Positions 44,928 to 46,640 of a stretch of DNA of 46,640 nucleotides are shown piece after piece. Numbering within the stretch: the first letter of the stretch is position 1; each line of letters starts with the position of its first letter. The stretch is from positions 1-46,640 of the forward strand of contig JBKJUK010000256.1 of assembly GCA_046590705.1 (NCBI GenBank), written 5' to 3'. The position numbers were made by a program, and so were the translations under genes. Below the pieces are notes generated by a model. It had not been told where the DNA came from and ran no database searches. It worked only from the letters and a program-made list of their open reading frames with translations. Source of the stretch: Thermoanaerobaculia bacterium. Its GTDB lineage: Bacteria > Acidobacteriota > Thermoanaerobaculia > Gp7-AA8.

Positions 44928-46457
44928 ATGAGGGAAGGTAGTGAAAAGAGCAAGCTGGCTCTCAGTCGTGGTGCAGGTATTCTGCTCCATCCGACATCGC
45001 TTCCGGGACCTTTCGGCGTCGGCGATCTCGGTGACAGCGCAATCCGCTTCCTCGACTGGTGCGTCGAGGCCGGCCAGACCTATTGGCAGTTGCTGCCTCT
45101 CGGACCTCCCGGATTCGGCAACTCACCCTATGGAGCGCTCTCGGCGTTCGCCGGAAATCCCCTACTGATCTCTCCCGAGTTACTGGTTAGTCAGAATTTA
45201 ATTGATCCCGGTCACCTCGAGCATCACCCTCACTTTGATCGCAGCAGAGTTGAATTCGTCAGCGCGGGCGCGTGGAAGCGAGAGCTGATTCGTGAGGCCT
45301 GGCTGCGATCGAGGTCCCAGGGCTTCGAAGAGCTGCAACAGCGCTTCAACTCCTTCCAGAGCGACCCGTTTCAGAAGGTCTGGCTCGACGAGTGGACTCT
45401 CTTCATTGCGCTCAAGGAAGAGCATCATGGGAGTTCATGGCAGCAATGGGAACGGGGATGCTCGCAGAGAGATTCGGCCTCGATCGCCGAGGCCACGAGC
45501 AGACTTGCCAACGAAATCGAGTTCCACAAGTTTGCGCAGTTCCTCTTCTTCGAACAATGGCAGCGAGTGCGAAAAGCCGCAAGGGAACGTGACATCAGCG
45601 TGATCGGGGATGTACCGATCTACGTGGCCTACGACAGCGCCGACGTCTGGGCGCATCGTGAACTGTTTCAACTCGACGCGGAGGGTAACTCCAGAAACGT
45701 CGCCGGCGTTCCTCCTGACTACTTCAGCTCGAGCGGTCAGCTCTGGGGAAACCCGGTCTACGACTGGAACAAGGCTGAAGCGACCTCGTACGCATGGTGG
45801 ACGGATCGAATCCAGTCCAACCTCCGCATGACCGACATCGTGCGGCTCGATCACTTTCGCGGATTCGCGCAGTACTGGCAGGTTCCTTCCGATCACGCCA
45901 CAGCCATCAGCGGCAACTGGGCACCCGGACCTGGCGGGAAACTTTTCACTGCGCTCCGCGACGCGCTCGGTGTTCTTCCACTCGTAGCGGAAGACCTCGG
46001 GCTCATCACAGAGGACGTGAATGAACTCCGGCGATCGCAGGGATTTCCGGGGATGAAAGTGCTGCAGTTCGGATTCAGCGAAGTCGACAGTCCACACCTT
46101 CCTCACAACTTCACCGTTGATACCATCGTCTACACGGGAACACACGACAACGACACCACGGTCGGATGGTTCCGAACTCTGAATGACAGCGAAAGGAATC
46201 GGCTGGATCGCTACCTTCACTCCACGCAGCACGTACACAGGCAACTCACGGAATATGCGTACAAGTCCGTGGCTGTGCTGGCCGTCACCCCGTTGCAGGA
46301 CGTGAGAGGCCTCGGCAGTGAGGCGAGAATGAATACTCCCGGTTTTCCAGCAGAGAACTGGAGCTGGAGGGCCACGTCCGCCGACTTTGATCCCGAAGAC
46401 GCTCGCTGGCTTCGGGAGCTTGGCGAGTTGACTGGCCGGTTCCGTCCGGCCTCGTAG
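44928..46457 (+). CDS. malQ: 4-alpha-glucanotransferase (amylomaltase, GH77)
   Basis: GILLHPTSLPG, SPY, GDVPIYV, AGVPPDYFS, GQLWGNP, RLDHFRGF, AEDLG, YTGTHDNDT and RMNTPG motifs. Start is 44928 or 44847. Confidence 0.96.
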   Translation: MREGSEKSKLALSRGAGILLHPTSLPGPFGVGDLGDSAIRFLDWCVEAGQTYWQLLPLGPPGFGNSPYGALSAFAGNPLLISPELLVSQNLIDPGHLEHHPHFDRSRVEFVSAGAWKRELIREAWLRSRSQGFEELQQRFNSFQSDPFQKVWLDEWTLFIALKEEHHGSSWQQWERGCSQRDSASIAEATSRLANEIEFHKFAQFLFFEQWQRVRKAARERDISVIGDVPIYVAYDSADVWAHRELFQLDAEGNSRNVAGVPPDYFSSSGQLWGNPVYDWNKAEATSYAWWTDRIQSNLRMTDIVRLDHFRGFAQYWQVPSDHATAISGNWAPGPGGKLFTALRDALGVLPLVAEDLGLITEDVNELRRSQGFPGMKVLQFGFSEVDSPHLPHNFTVDTIVYTGTHDNDTTVGWFRTLNDSERNRLDRYLHSTQHVHRQLTEYAYKSVAVLAVTPLQDVRGLGSEARMNTPGFPAENWSWRATSADFDPEDARWLRELGELTGRFRPAS

Positions 46458-46472
46458 GCTCGCGCACTTACA

Positions 46473-46640
46473 TGTGTGGCACAGGCAATCCTGCCTGTGG
46501 CGCGTAGAAGTAAATTTCAAACCCGCTGCCTGATGTTTCGCACATGGCGTCGGAAGGTCACCGACAGGAGCGACATGTCGGCTACGCGTTAGCGAAATCG
46601 TCCTTCGAAGTCAGTGCGTCGCGCCACAGGCAGGATTGCC
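46473..46640. repeat. REPIN-like element copy 4 (right arm cut by window edge)
   Basis: Same left arm, homologous interior, and right arm CCACAGGCAGGATTGCC at the end of the window. Confidence 0.9.

Noticed and set aside
7272-46520. Long antisense or alternate-frame ORFs (7283..8392, 14396..15535, 23813..24814, 30984..32342, 37319..38461, 41639..42757, 45435..46520)
   Set aside because: They shadow well-supported genes, have no recognisable motifs, and are expected from high-GC codon bias.

Overview
GC-rich bacterial chromosomal segment. Gene content and the secreted-protein domain at 3981 suggest Acidobacteriota, possibly Thermoanaerobaculia (inference). The left half has housekeeping and envelope genes: partial larE, a zinc-ribbon/FHA protein, wzm/wzt, ftsB, a collagen-like surface protein, purB, rlpA, ndk, a GAF sensor kinase, sucCD, an rlmD-like methyltransferase, comEC, miaA, a TPR lipoprotein and an FHA-GAF-PP2C phosphatase. 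The right half is a ~20 kb trehalose/alpha-glucan locus: glgE-treS/mak-glgB-treZ-treY, two alpha/beta hydrolases, a GH57, pfk and malQ. Features missed by the ORF track are a SelW/Rdx-type selenoprotein (CxxU, in-frame TGA, SECIS-like hairpin) and a 55-aa ORF coupled to a nucleotidyltransferase (TA-like pair). miaA has no canonical start codon upstream of its P-loop. The intergenic DNA carries at least six families of non-coding repeats. These include co-oriented REPIN-like hairpins, nested cassettes bracketed by inverted G-rich arms, and a two-copy structured element with invariant 11-mers at fixed spacing and covarying stems. I found no rRNA, tRNA, CRISPR array or transposase.
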